Sequence record: MW822008.1 | Strand: one strand, 5' to 3' | Length of the DNA stretch: 64,000 nucleotides | The notes under the pieces: model-generated | The model's database searches: none | The model's input: the letters and a program-made list of their open reading frames with translations, nothing else | Told to the model about the DNA's origin: nothing | Made by a program: the position numbers and the translations under genes | In this document: in pieces, positions 63,849 to 64,000 of the stretch | Position numbering within the stretch: the first letter of the stretch is position 1 | Layout: each line of letters opens with the position of its first letter

Positions 63849-64000
63849 TGCGTAAAGGGATCTAGTACTGATTCAGAAAAAAGTCAAGGCGTTTTTAAAA
63901 TTATGCGTTAAAAAAATGCATAGGTAATCCCTTGACTTTTTTGAAATAAAAGGGATTGGACTATGGCAAAATGCGTAGGGGGCTAAAGGGCGGGTAACCT

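Noticed and set aside
1-64000. tRNA, rRNA or CRISPR array
   Set aside because: No cloverleaf with a T-loop and no regularly spaced repeat-spacer array found; TTCG hits are terminator loops.

Overview
AT-rich 64-kb segment of a lytic enterobacterial jumbo phage, most likely a myovirus of the RaK2/GAP32/CBB/121Q group. This is an inference from the gene families, T4-type late promoters and layout; no core replication or capsid genes are in the window. Five blocks: (1) 1-18.8 kb, + strand accessory genes in cassettes bounded by fused UUCG-terminator/sigma70-promoter elements, including denV, an AAA+ ATPase, a minimal kinase, two GIY-YIG-like endonuclease genes, Imm-like proteins and ten paralogous 3-TM proteins. 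(2) 18.8-38.0 kb, a - strand array of 16 paralogues sharing a 12-aa N-terminal tag (MLPF..M..YGN) fused to RCC1-like, Kelch or Gly-rich bodies, most with a repeated terminator/late-promoter/RBS cassette. (3) 38.1-43.1 kb, 22 paralogous ~60-aa micro-ORFs. (4) 43.1-45.1 kb, non-coding DNA with phased repeats, palindromes, a strand-skew flip and back-to-back Chi sites (probable genome terminus or origin). (5) 45.1-64 kb, an early region (probable long terminal repeat) with more than 40 strong sigma70 promoters, ~50 small genes (H-NS-like, TraR-like, kinase, ParE-like), ten Chi sites counting block 4, and two families of repeated gene-less, promoter-driven, covarying RNA-like units (11 and 3 copies), which are the best candidates for an undescribed system. 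The palindrome AGTACT is strongly over-represented. No tRNA, rRNA or CRISPR array was seen. All counts and coordinates were done by hand.
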